Origin: Octopus sinensis
Lineage: Eukaryota
Assembly (NCBI RefSeq): GCF_006345805.1
Contig: NW_021828570.1
Span: 1-7,985, forward strand
Length of the DNA: 7,985 nt
Reading direction: 5' to 3'
Shown here: positions 1 to 7,985 of the stretch, in pieces
Position numbering within the stretch: position 1 is the first letter of the stretch
How the letters are laid out: every line of letters starts with the position of its first letter
Position numbers and translations under genes: made by a program
Notes under the pieces: generated by a model
The model's input: only the letters and a program-made list of their open reading frames with translations
What the model was told of the DNA's origin: nothing
The model's database searches: none

Positions 1-235
1 TTTTCTCCCTCTGTGTTGTCAATTTTAGTATTTTCTCTCCACCAAGAAGAATAAGTATATGGAAGGTTTGAGTCGTGTTGCACACTTCCCAATAAATTTT
101 ACTCAGTGAATAGTTTGTTGTTTTTTTAAACTAACTTTTATCTATTAATTCTTGCTGAACCACATCACAAGATTTCTTTGAGACAGACATACATAATGAC
201 TCACAAACAGACAAATACATACACTGACTGGCATT

Positions 236-242
236 TAGATAT

Positions 243-289
<47 letters not shown>

Positions 290-408
290 GGACAGGCAGA
301 CAGACGACAGACAGGTGGTAGGTAGGTAGTAGATAGCTAGATAATAGATAGATAGATAATATAGATAGATAGATAGATAGACAACAGACAGACAGCCACA
401 GACAGACA

Positions 409-457
<49 letters not shown>

Positions 458-482
458 GAGATAGATAGATAGACAGACAGAT
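236..482. repeat. Compound (TAGA)n/(CAGA)n/(TAGG)n tetranucleotide microsatellite
   Basis: Directly visible runs of agat, agac and aggt units; source of the SIYL/CLSV pseudo-ORFs 131..652 and 337..561. Confidence 0.97.
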
Positions 483-938
483 GCTGCAGTTCCATTAAAT
501 ATATACAATGTATGTATGTATGAATGTATGTATGTATATATAGGTATATATACACGCACACACATTGATTGGAAATATGTCAATTGACTTGACGTTTGTT
601 CACAAACAAGGAAAAATGCTTCATGTATAAATTTAGTGTGCGTATACCTCATTACGAACTAAAGTTGTTCGCATCGTAATTTGATTTTCATGGTACAGGT
701 TATAAGGACAAGCAGCGCAAGAAAAGAAAATCAGCGCGAGAATTTATAAGCAAAAGTATTTGAAAACGCATCGAAATATGCTTTATCAACTGTCTGTCGA
801 TATTTGAATGGCTGCCTGAATAAAAAGTTTAGAAAATACATCAGGCATTCATCAATTCACTTGTCATGGCGCAGAATGCGAGATGTTTTCTGGTGTTCTC
901 GAGCAAAACCCGTGACTTGTTCATACTTTCATTATCAA

Positions 939-940
<2 letters not shown>

Positions 941-972
<32 letters not shown>
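941..972. repeat. Perfect (GT)16 microsatellite
   Basis: Uninterrupted gt dinucleotide run from 941 to 972. Confidence 0.98.
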
Positions 973-975
<3 letters not shown>

Positions 976-1010
976 GTTGAAATTTACAGAAAAACAAAAG
1001 ACGAAGACAT

Positions 1011-1167
1011 GTGTCTGAATAACAGGCAGGTTTATTAGTTTGATGCTCAGGAAAGTGAAAAGGACTTTTACGTTTCGAGCCTACGCTCCTCAACAGGAAG
1101 GAATAAAAGAAAATAAAAGGAGAGAAATTTTTTAAAATCCTATGGATTTAGCGATCAAGCATGGCGA
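1011..1167 (-). mobile_element. Probable Penelope-like element terminal-repeat remnant
   Basis: The minus strand reads CUUC-CUGUUGA-G-GAGC-GUAG-GCUC-GAAA-CGU-A-AAAG (1100-1065), a minimal type I hammerhead layout with a palindromic ACGU stem III. AATAAA follows about 30 nt downstream (plus-strand tttatt, 1031-1036). Minimal hammerheads of this kind are characteristic of Penelope-like terminal repeats. Boundaries are approximate and no RT or GIY-YIG sequence is attached. Confidence 0.55.
1065..1100 (-). ncRNA. Minimal hammerhead ribozyme-like motif with variant core, possibly inactive
   Basis: Core CUGUUGA (A6 is U), one extra nt after A9, stem II GAGC/GCUC closing a GUAG loop, GAAA, stem III AC/GU, putative cleavage triplet GUA, and stem I CUUC/AAAG with 3 of 4 pairs. 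Confidence 0.5.
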
Positions 1168-1423
1168 CTAGTTATATATATATGATAATGAAGGTATGAA
1201 GAAGACACGGACGGGTTTTACATATAACAAGTCACAGTTTATATATATGTATATATATATAACATGTAAGCGATGTAGGCAGTTAATGTTAATAAAGTTT
1301 TCGCGTTTATGATCAAATGAATGGTTAAATTTCAGTCCATACAAACTACACACTGATATATATCAACTTAGCCATCTACGGTCTGTCTATTTGCATACAC
1401 AAACATATACACAGATAAATATC

Positions 1424-1490
1424 TGTGTATGTGCGTGTGTGCGTGCGTGTGTGTATGAGCATGTGTTTGTGTGTCTATTTGTGTGTGTGT

Positions 1491-1555
<65 letters not shown>

Positions 1556-1590
1556 CGTGTGTGTGTGCGTGCTTGTGTCTATGTGTGTGT
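1424..1590. repeat. (GT)n microsatellite with GCGT/GTAT variants
   Basis: Long gt run around 1480-1552 with degenerate flanks; produces the CVCV pseudo-ORFs. Confidence 0.96.
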
Positions 1591-1693
1591 TTCCAATACT
1601 GCTATATATCTGAAAAAATTTTTCATGTGTACATTTACAAAATTATCAAAATCTCTATAGTCGTCTATTACTTATCGAGCCATGCAACTATAC

Positions 1694-1760
1694 GAGTGTG
1701 CGTGCATGCGTGCATGCGTGTGTGTGTGTATGCGTGTATGCGTGTATGCATACGTATACA
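1694..1760. repeat. Degenerate (GCGT/GCAT/GT)n alternating purine-pyrimidine repeat
   Basis: gtgtgcgtgcatgcgtgcatgcgtgtgtgtgtatgcgtgtatgcgtgtatgc is directly visible. Confidence 0.85.
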
Positions 1761-1968
1761 TGTATCGTTCTATCTTTCTCGCAATATATATAGATACAAA
1801 CACATGCATATATATATATTCACCCATGCACATAAGTGTATTTCTATATATCTGACATCTATTTTGTCATTCGACTATTTTAAAACCAGGTTGCTATCCC
1901 TTAACGCCTCATCAGCTGCGTGTATCATGTAATATAAAAATGTGTTCATGTGCTTCCATACACAGTCC

Positions 1969-2104
1969 ATATCTCACTTCCTCCACCTCGCACTCCTTTT
2001 TTCCTTCCTCTCCGCCTCTCTTTTTCTTCCTCTTTCTCCCTCTCTCTCTCCCTCGCCGTCTCCATGTCTCTGTTCTTCTCTTTCACCCTTCCTTCGCTTT
2101 ATTT
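1969..2104. repeat. CT-rich polypyrimidine low-complexity tract
   Basis: Almost only C and T on the plus strand, including (ct)n around 2033-2050. Confidence 0.9.
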
Positions 2105-2189
2105 CTTAGTCTTTCAATATCGACATTACTCTTGACGACTCATTACATTTTAATCCTTTTATAATTTCAGTTTTCCTTCCTTTCTCCTT

Positions 2190-3035
2190 TACACACGCAC
2201 ATACATACATACATACATACATACATTCATACATGCACAAACATACATACATACATAGTTACATACATATATACATACATACATACGTGCATACATACAT
2301 ACATACACACACACATACATACATACGTACAAACATACATACATACATACATACACACATACATACATACATACATACGTGCACACATATATACATACAT
2401 ACATACATACATGCATGCACACATACATACATACATACATACATACATACATACGCAGATACATACATAAATACATACATGCACACATACATACATACAT
2501 AGTTACATACATACATACATACACACATGCATACATAAATACATTCATACATGCACAAACACATACATACATACATAGTTACATACATACATTCATACAA
2601 ACATACATTTGTAGATACATACTTACACACATATATATATACATACATACGTACATATATACGTACATACATACATACAGACACAAACATACATTCATAC
2701 ATACATGTATATATACATACATACATACTTGCACAAACACATACATACATAGTTACATACGTACATTCATACAAACATACATACGTAGATACATACACAC
2801 ACACATATATACATACATGCGTACCCATATACATGCATATGTACTCATACAACCATACATTCATACATACACCCATACATACATTCATACATACACATAC
2901 ATACATGCATACACATAAATACATACATACACACACATACATACGTACATTCATTCATACATCCATGCATACATACATTCATGCATATATATATACATCC
3001 ATGCATACCTGAACTTACACATACGCATACATACA
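2190..3035. repeat. Long interrupted (TACA)n array with higher-order duplications
   Basis: About 845 bp of taca units with recurring variants (agtt, gcacaaac, gtagat, attcat). Confidence 0.97.
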
Positions 3036-3068
3036 CTGTGTCGAATAGGAAAGGCAGCATTGAAACAA

Positions 3069-3070
<2 letters not shown>

Positions 3071-3108
<38 letters not shown>
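3071..3108. repeat. Perfect (AC)19 microsatellite
   Basis: Uninterrupted ac run. Confidence 0.97.
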
Positions 3109-3109
<1 letters not shown>

Positions 3110-3164
3110 ACAGAGGTAGACGCACAAGCAGTCACATTGTTGAATGCATGTAAACATGTACTAC

Positions 3165-3245
3165 ATACACGTATACATGCATACATTCATATATTTATAT
3201 ATATATTTATATATATATACATACATACATACGTATATATATATG

Positions 3246-3279
<34 letters not shown>

Positions 3280-3359
3280 TGTATGTATGTATGTATGTAT
3301 GTATGTATGTATGTATGTATGTATGTATGCATGTATGTATGTATGTATATATATACACA
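3165..3359. repeat. (TA)n/(CATA)n tract switching to a near-perfect (TATG)n array
   Basis: The (tatg)n run at about 3251-3346 is the reverse complement of the (taca)n arrays elsewhere in the window. Confidence 0.96.
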
Positions 3360-4116
3360 CAGTAATTCTTCGCCATATTGTGTTTCACATATCGCACACT
3401 CACTACATCGCGCATTTTTCTGGCTACTATGTGTAAATTTATATCGCGGACTCCTCAATATATCGCGGGTTTCTGCGGCCGATAGGTATTTATATTTCTT
3501 TTAGATTTTAATTATTTTTGTGGTACGATAAGCATGTTCACACCTAAAAATTAATAAATTAATAAATGAAAATAGAGTACAGTATTGCGTTGTATAACAC
3601 ATTGGTTAAAATATATTTAAAGAAAATATGTAATGTACTGTAGCTGAGTAAACAAAGAATTGCACATACTGTATGGAAAACGAAGGTTGGGAAGCGAGTG
3701 TGTGGTATTGTTTTGTATTTATAATAAAACAAATATATACATTGTATATATATATATATAAACAATTTGTTTATAAAATTTCAACCTTTAAAGCTATTTT
3801 AGTATGCTGCCACTTTTGATAAAATTTTTTTCTAAAAAATAATTTATCTGATATATATATATCTATATATAATATATATATATATAACATATATACATAT
3901 ATACACACACACCCACACACATATATATATACATATATACACACACACACACACAAATATATATATACACATATATACACACACATATATATATATACAA
4001 ATTATGAAAATGATTTTAAAAATATATACAGAAGAGTACAGTTTCTACTTCGCGGTTTGTCACCTGCGGCGGGAAGTTTTGCAACGTAAACACCCGCGAT
4101 AGTCGAGGGATTCCTG
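3360..4116. mobile_element. Non-autonomous pogo/Tigger-like (Tc1/mariner superfamily) DNA element, MITE-like, 757 bp
   Basis: Left end CAGTAATTCTTCGCCATATTGTG (from 3360) aligns with the reverse complement of the right end CAGGAATCCCTCGAC-TATCGCG (ending 4116) at 16 of 23 positions, and four of the mismatches are C/T. TA follows the right end (4117-4118) and CA precedes the left end. Sub-terminal TATCGCGG motifs occur at 3442, 3461 and, inverted, 4094-4101. CAG-starting TIRs with TA target duplication are established pogo/Tigger features. No transposase ORF is present. Confidence 0.75.
3848..4000. repeat. (TA)n/(CA)n compound microsatellite inside the MITE
   Basis: Directly visible tatata and cacaca runs. 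Confidence 0.93.
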
Positions 4117-4330
4117 TATGTATGTGTGTGTGTGTGTGTTATATATATATTATATATAATATAATATATATTACATACATAGACGCATAAATATATTATA
4201 TATATATTACATGCATAGACACATAATATATTATATATATTATATATATATATATATATATTATTATAATATATATATATATATATATACACACACGTAC
4301 AAACGTGCATACATACATTCATATATATAT
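4117..4330. repeat. (TG)n then imperfect (TA)n/(CA)n tract containing a 36-bp duplication
   Basis: Visible repeats; ttacatacatagacgcata at 4171 recurs as ttacatgcatagacacata at 4207. Confidence 0.92.
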
Positions 4331-4621
4331 ATCACTACGTCGCACCTACACGCCGAATTGAACACAACCCACACCCATACACACACGCTCACGGATTTCC
4401 TTGTAAATGTACGCGCAGAGCAACACTCACTCAAAGACGGTTTGTGCTAACTTAACATACACGCAACTCATTTTCTCTCACTCTCAAATGCACAATATGC
4501 GTCTGTGCTATCTTCCTCTCCTCCTCGTCCGTCTCCTCATTGGCTGGCATTCATTTTGTTTCCAATTCTTCCTTCATATAAAACTGTGTTCGTTCATTAG
4601 CGTTTCGCCTTTTGTTCGTTC

Positions 4622-4710
4622 CCTTCTCTCTCTCTCTCTCTTCCATTCTAGTATTTCACTTACCACTCCCTAACATTCTATCTTTTTATTTATCTCTTTA
4701 TCTCTCTCTT

Positions 4711-4741
<31 letters not shown>

Positions 4742-4770
4742 TTCTCTCTCTCTCTCTCTAGCTCTCTTCA
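4622..4770. repeat. (CT)n / (CTTTCTCT)n polypyrimidine microsatellite
   Basis: (ct)n runs at about 4624-4641 and 4700-4760, punctuated by ttt. Confidence 0.93.
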
Positions 4771-4815
4771 TATGAATCATTTACTTTAAAATCTTACTCT
4801 TTCATGTCCATGTGA

Positions 4816-4972
4816 AACGCACACACGCAAACACACACACACACACGCTTGCACGCGCGCGCACACACACACATCTATATACATACGAACATACATGCAT
4901 ACATACCTAAATACAAACGTAATATACACAGACTTATACATACATACATACATACATACATACATACATACA

Positions 4973-5003
<31 letters not shown>

Positions 5004-5601
5004 GGACGTACATATCTACATACACACACCTACATACATACATACGTATGTACATACCTACATATACACACATACATACACACATACATACACACATACA
5101 TACATAATACATACATACATACACCCATACACTCATACATCCATTCATACATACGTACAAACCACATACATACACACATGCATACATACACACATACATA
5201 CATACATACATACATACACACATACATACGTACATACATACACACATACATACATGCATATATATATATATAATACATATCTACATACACACACATACAT
5301 ACATACACACATACATACATACATACAGACATACATACATACACACACATACATACATACATGCACACATGCATAACACCCACTCATACACACATGCATA
5401 ATACTCACTCATACAAACATAAATACATGCATACATACATACATACATACATACATACATACATACACTCACACACACACATACATACATAAATACATAC
5501 ATGCATACATACACACATACATACATACACACATACATATGTACACACATACTTACATACATACATACATTCATACATACATACATACATACATACATAC
5601 A

Positions 5602-5635
<34 letters not shown>

Positions 5636-5646
5636 CATACATACAT
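4816..5646. repeat. Long interrupted (CA)n/(TACA)n array
   Basis: About 830 bp of taca units; ends directly at the 5' junction of the retrotransposon fragment. Confidence 0.97.
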
Positions 5647-6918
5647 AAGAATATTCTTATTCGATGGTTTAACAGGTAAAGTCAGTCCCTCGGACTCAAG
5701 ACCTGTGCATCAATGGTCTCACTATCTCTCCTGTCCCAAACAAAGAATGCTACAAGTACCTAGGGATTGATGAAAATATATCATACCAATGTACTGTGAA
5801 TAAAGACAGAGTGACCAAGAATATTACACCAGGCTAAGAAAAATATGGCTGTCTGAGCCCTTCTCTTACAACGAGACAATATTCCGCAATGCATTTACAG
5901 TACCAGTGCTGACTCCAACATTTGGGTTAATTGACTGGTCTGTAGAAGAAATCCACCCCATAGACATTAAACCCGCAAAATCCTAACATCAACTGGAAAT
6001 CTCCACAAAAATTGTGATATCGACGGTTTGTACTTACGAGGAGATGAAGGAGGTAGAAGCTTGTGTTCATTGCCGGAAGTATTTGAATGTCACAGTCTTT
6101 CTCAGACATTACTTGCGAGATAACTGCATCAAAATTAAATCCATTAACTTAGTGATGAAATGTGAAGAAAGCAATATCCTACGTGCTGGAAGTGAGCTCC
6201 TCAAGAAGTACTCACATACAACCCCAAATTAGCCGGACTAGCATACCTCAAAGAAGAGCTGGAGGTGAAATGGTCAGCATACCAAAATACAAAACCATGC
6301 AAAGCTATGTTTCTCCAAGACTCATAGAAGATAATAACAGTGACAAGAGACGAAGCCGCTCTTTGACTTGTGACCACTAAATCGCATCACATTTCGAAGG
6401 CTATGCATTTGCTATCCAAGAACAGGAGATTGCTACTAAATATCTAATCAACAAAATAGACAGTGAAGACCTCGGAATCCTATGATGCAACCGTAAAGGT
6501 ATATTATGTCAGATTTCTGGAGAAGACATCACACATGTGATTAGCAGTGGCTCAAAAATATCATCAAGGTACTACCTCCCAATGCGACATGAAGTTGTTA
6601 CAAAAACAATTTACAATGCCATTAGGAAAAGGTCTGCCCTGAAATAAATGCAGAGAATCCCCCTGTTGTTGAATATATACACAAATATGAGCACAAGGAA
6701 TGCTGGTGGAACATTCTCATCAAGACAACTGTCAAGTGTGAGCATAACAGGCCGCATATTGATTGGGCAGTCAAATATGCACCGTCGTAGAGGTCGACTG
6801 TACTGTTGATGCGAATATTTCTTTGAAAACCAAAGAGAAAGAGAACATCTATGGACAACTGCTTCGAAACCTCCAGCTTCTATATTCGGATTGCAAATTT
6901 ACATTTATACCAACAATA
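5647..6918 (+). mobile_element. 5'-truncated, decayed RLE-type non-LTR retrotransposon (R4/Dong-like): RT C-terminus and thumb, zinc knuckle and most of the endonuclease
   Basis: Manual translation across frameshifts and stops gives INGLTISPVPNKECYKYLGIDENISY (from 5709; YKYLG is a late RT motif), RKIWLSE..SYNETIFRNAFTVPVLTPTFGLIDWSVEEI, LYLRGDEGGRSL (6028-6063; LYxxRxxGGRGL motif), SHFEGYAFAIQEQEIATKYL (about 6387-6446), a decayed CCHC knuckle K[G]ILC..EDITHVISS[G] (6495-6551), MRHEVV (6582-6599; RHD motif), WWNILIKTTVKCEHNRP[H]I (PD motif, 6749-6760), and CTVVEVDCTVDANISLKTKEKENIYGQLLRNLQLLYSDCKFTFIPTI. This domain order is established for R2/R4/NeSL-type elements. The clade call rests on recalled motif similarity, not an alignment. 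Confidence 0.9.
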
Positions 6919-7079
6919 TACATACATACATACATACATACATACATACATACATACATACATACATGCATGCATGCATGCATGCATGCATACATACATA
7001 CATACATACATACATACACACATACATACATACATACATACATACATACATACATACATACATACATACATACATACAC
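6919..7079. repeat. (TACA)n array with a central (TGCA)n block
   Basis: Near-perfect taca units with catgcatgcatg at about 6965-6990. Confidence 0.97.
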
Positions 7080-7337
7080 AAGAATATACTTATTCGATGG
7101 TTTAACAGGTAAAGTCAGTCCCTCAGACTCAAAACCTGTGCATCACTAGTCTCACTATCTCTCCTGTCCCAAACAAAGAATGCTACAAGTACCTAGGGAT
7201 TGATGAAAATATATCATACCAAGGTACTGTGAATAAAGACAGAGTGACCCAAGAATATTACACCAGACTAAGAAAAATATGCCAGTCTGAACTCTTCTCT
7301 TACAACAAGACAATATTCCGCAATGCACTTGCAGTAC
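7080..7337 (+). repeat. Direct duplicate of 5647-5903 (retrotransposon RT segment)
   Basis: Manual alignment of 258 vs 257 bp shows about 14 substitutions and one 1-nt indel (about 94% identity), with the same 5' junction (aagaata...ttattcgatggtttaacaggtaaagtcagtccctc). Confidence 0.97.
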
Positions 7338-7590
7338 TTGGTTTTGTAAGCAAATACCTAACTGTCAGTCAGGATAAGCTTGGATTTTCAGTAAAAAGAA
7401 ATCAACCAACTGATTCGTACTTTACAAATGCAACTCGTTTGTGGCACATTAAAACTATGCAAGACTTTTCTCGGGTTTAAAATGTGACATTGCTTTTGTA
7501 ATCTACATTCCAAAGATGGTGTTTTACATCTTTGTTTGAAACCAGTTCCTTCTTCAGAGGAAGAATTTAAATGATCAGAAACAGAGGCGA
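7337..7590 (+). mobile_element. 3' end of the same RLE retrotransposon: endonuclease C-terminus, stop codon and about 100 nt of 3' UTR
   Basis: Reads LGFVSKYLTVSQDKLGFSVK, then after a frameshift EINQLIRTLQMQLVCGTLKLCKTFLGFKM* (TGA 7485-7487). This continues FTFIPTI (ending 6918) through the usual IxGALG motif and terminal helix of RLE ORFs. It is followed by a short UTR with two hairpins and then (CATA)n, with no poly(A). Confidence 0.8.
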
Positions 7591-7985
7591 CATACACACA
7601 CGCATACATACATACATACATACATACATACATACATGCATACATACATACATACATTCACACACACATACATACATACATGCATGCACATATTATACAT
7701 ACATACATATATACATACATGCATGCATGCATACATACATACATACAAACATACATACATACATACACACACACACATACATACATACATACATACATAC
7801 ATACATACATACATACACACACACATACATACATACATGCATGCACATATTATACATACATACATATATACATACATGCATGCATACATACATATATACA
7901 TGCATACGTGCATACATACATACATATATGCATACATAAATACATACATACATATATACATACCTACATGTATATATACATAACA
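7591..7985. repeat. Interrupted (TACA)n/(TGCA)n array running to the window edge
   Basis: Directly visible; contains an internal duplication of about 157 bp. Confidence 0.97.

Noticed and set aside
1-130. Minus-strand frame NYSLSKIYWEV, faintly like the LSKxIWxL motif of Penelope GIY-YIG endonucleases
   Set aside because: Only a few residues match, residue order differs, and flanking motifs are absent; indistinguishable from chance without an alignment.
698-763. Short basic reading frame GYKDKQRKKRKSAREFISKSI* after a possible AG acceptor
   Set aside because: Only 21 codons, a weak polypyrimidine tract and no recognisable homology; A-rich DNA readily yields Lys/Arg-rich peptides.
3733-3775. 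Two adjacent perfect AT-rich palindromes (atatatac-att-gtatatat and tataaacaa-t-ttgtttata)
   Set aside because: Expected by chance at the edges of a (TA)n tract, with no independent evidence of function.
5664-5706. Nested stem-loop (acaggt/acctgt around agtc-cctcg-gact) resembling an HDV-like ribozyme P3/L3 at the element's 5' end
   Set aside because: P1 is only partly paired and there is no convincing P1.1, P2 or J4/2. The same bases read as decayed RT coding sequence (GKVS..TQDLCING) leading into YKYLG, so this is a truncation point rather than a true 5' end.
6014-7480. ORFs 6014..6232, 6162..6380, 6763..7149 and 7229..7480 as separate genes
   Set aside because: They are frameshifted pieces of the single decayed retrotransposon ORF. 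The apparent catalytic and zinc-binding residues are altered (RPD to RPH, two knuckle Cys to Gly), so no functional protein is supported.
131-7983. The many long ORFs in the track made of YIHT, MYVC, CV, SIYL or HT repeats
   Set aside because: They are translations of stop-poor (TACA)n, (GT)n and (TAGA)n arrays, open on both strands and in several frames, with no domain content.
2190-7985. CRISPR-like or telomeric interpretation of the repeat arrays
   Set aside because: There are no constant repeats separated by unique spacers and no TTAGG/TTAGGG units; these are ordinary eukaryotic microsatellites.

Overview
Repeat-dominated, AT-rich eukaryotic DNA with no intact protein-coding gene, tRNA, rRNA or CRISPR array that I can support. 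Dense (TACA)n, (TAGA)n, (CA/GT)n, (TA)n and (CT)n arrays fill more than half the window. This resembles invertebrate genomes such as octopus, but the taxon is only an inference. Nearly all ORFs in the track are microsatellite artefacts (YIHT/MYVC/CV repeats). Three transposable-element relics sit between the arrays. (1) A probable Penelope-like terminal-repeat remnant carrying a minimal hammerhead-like motif (about 1011-1167, minus strand). (2) A pogo/Tigger-like non-autonomous DNA element (3360-4116). (3) A 5'-truncated, decayed non-LTR retrotransposon with a restriction-like endonuclease (RLE), most similar to the R4/Dong clade (5647-7590). The third element is split by a roughly 420 bp insert made of (TACA)n plus a second copy of its own first 257 bp, and its 3' UTR has hairpins that read as a degenerate hammerhead on the antisense strand.
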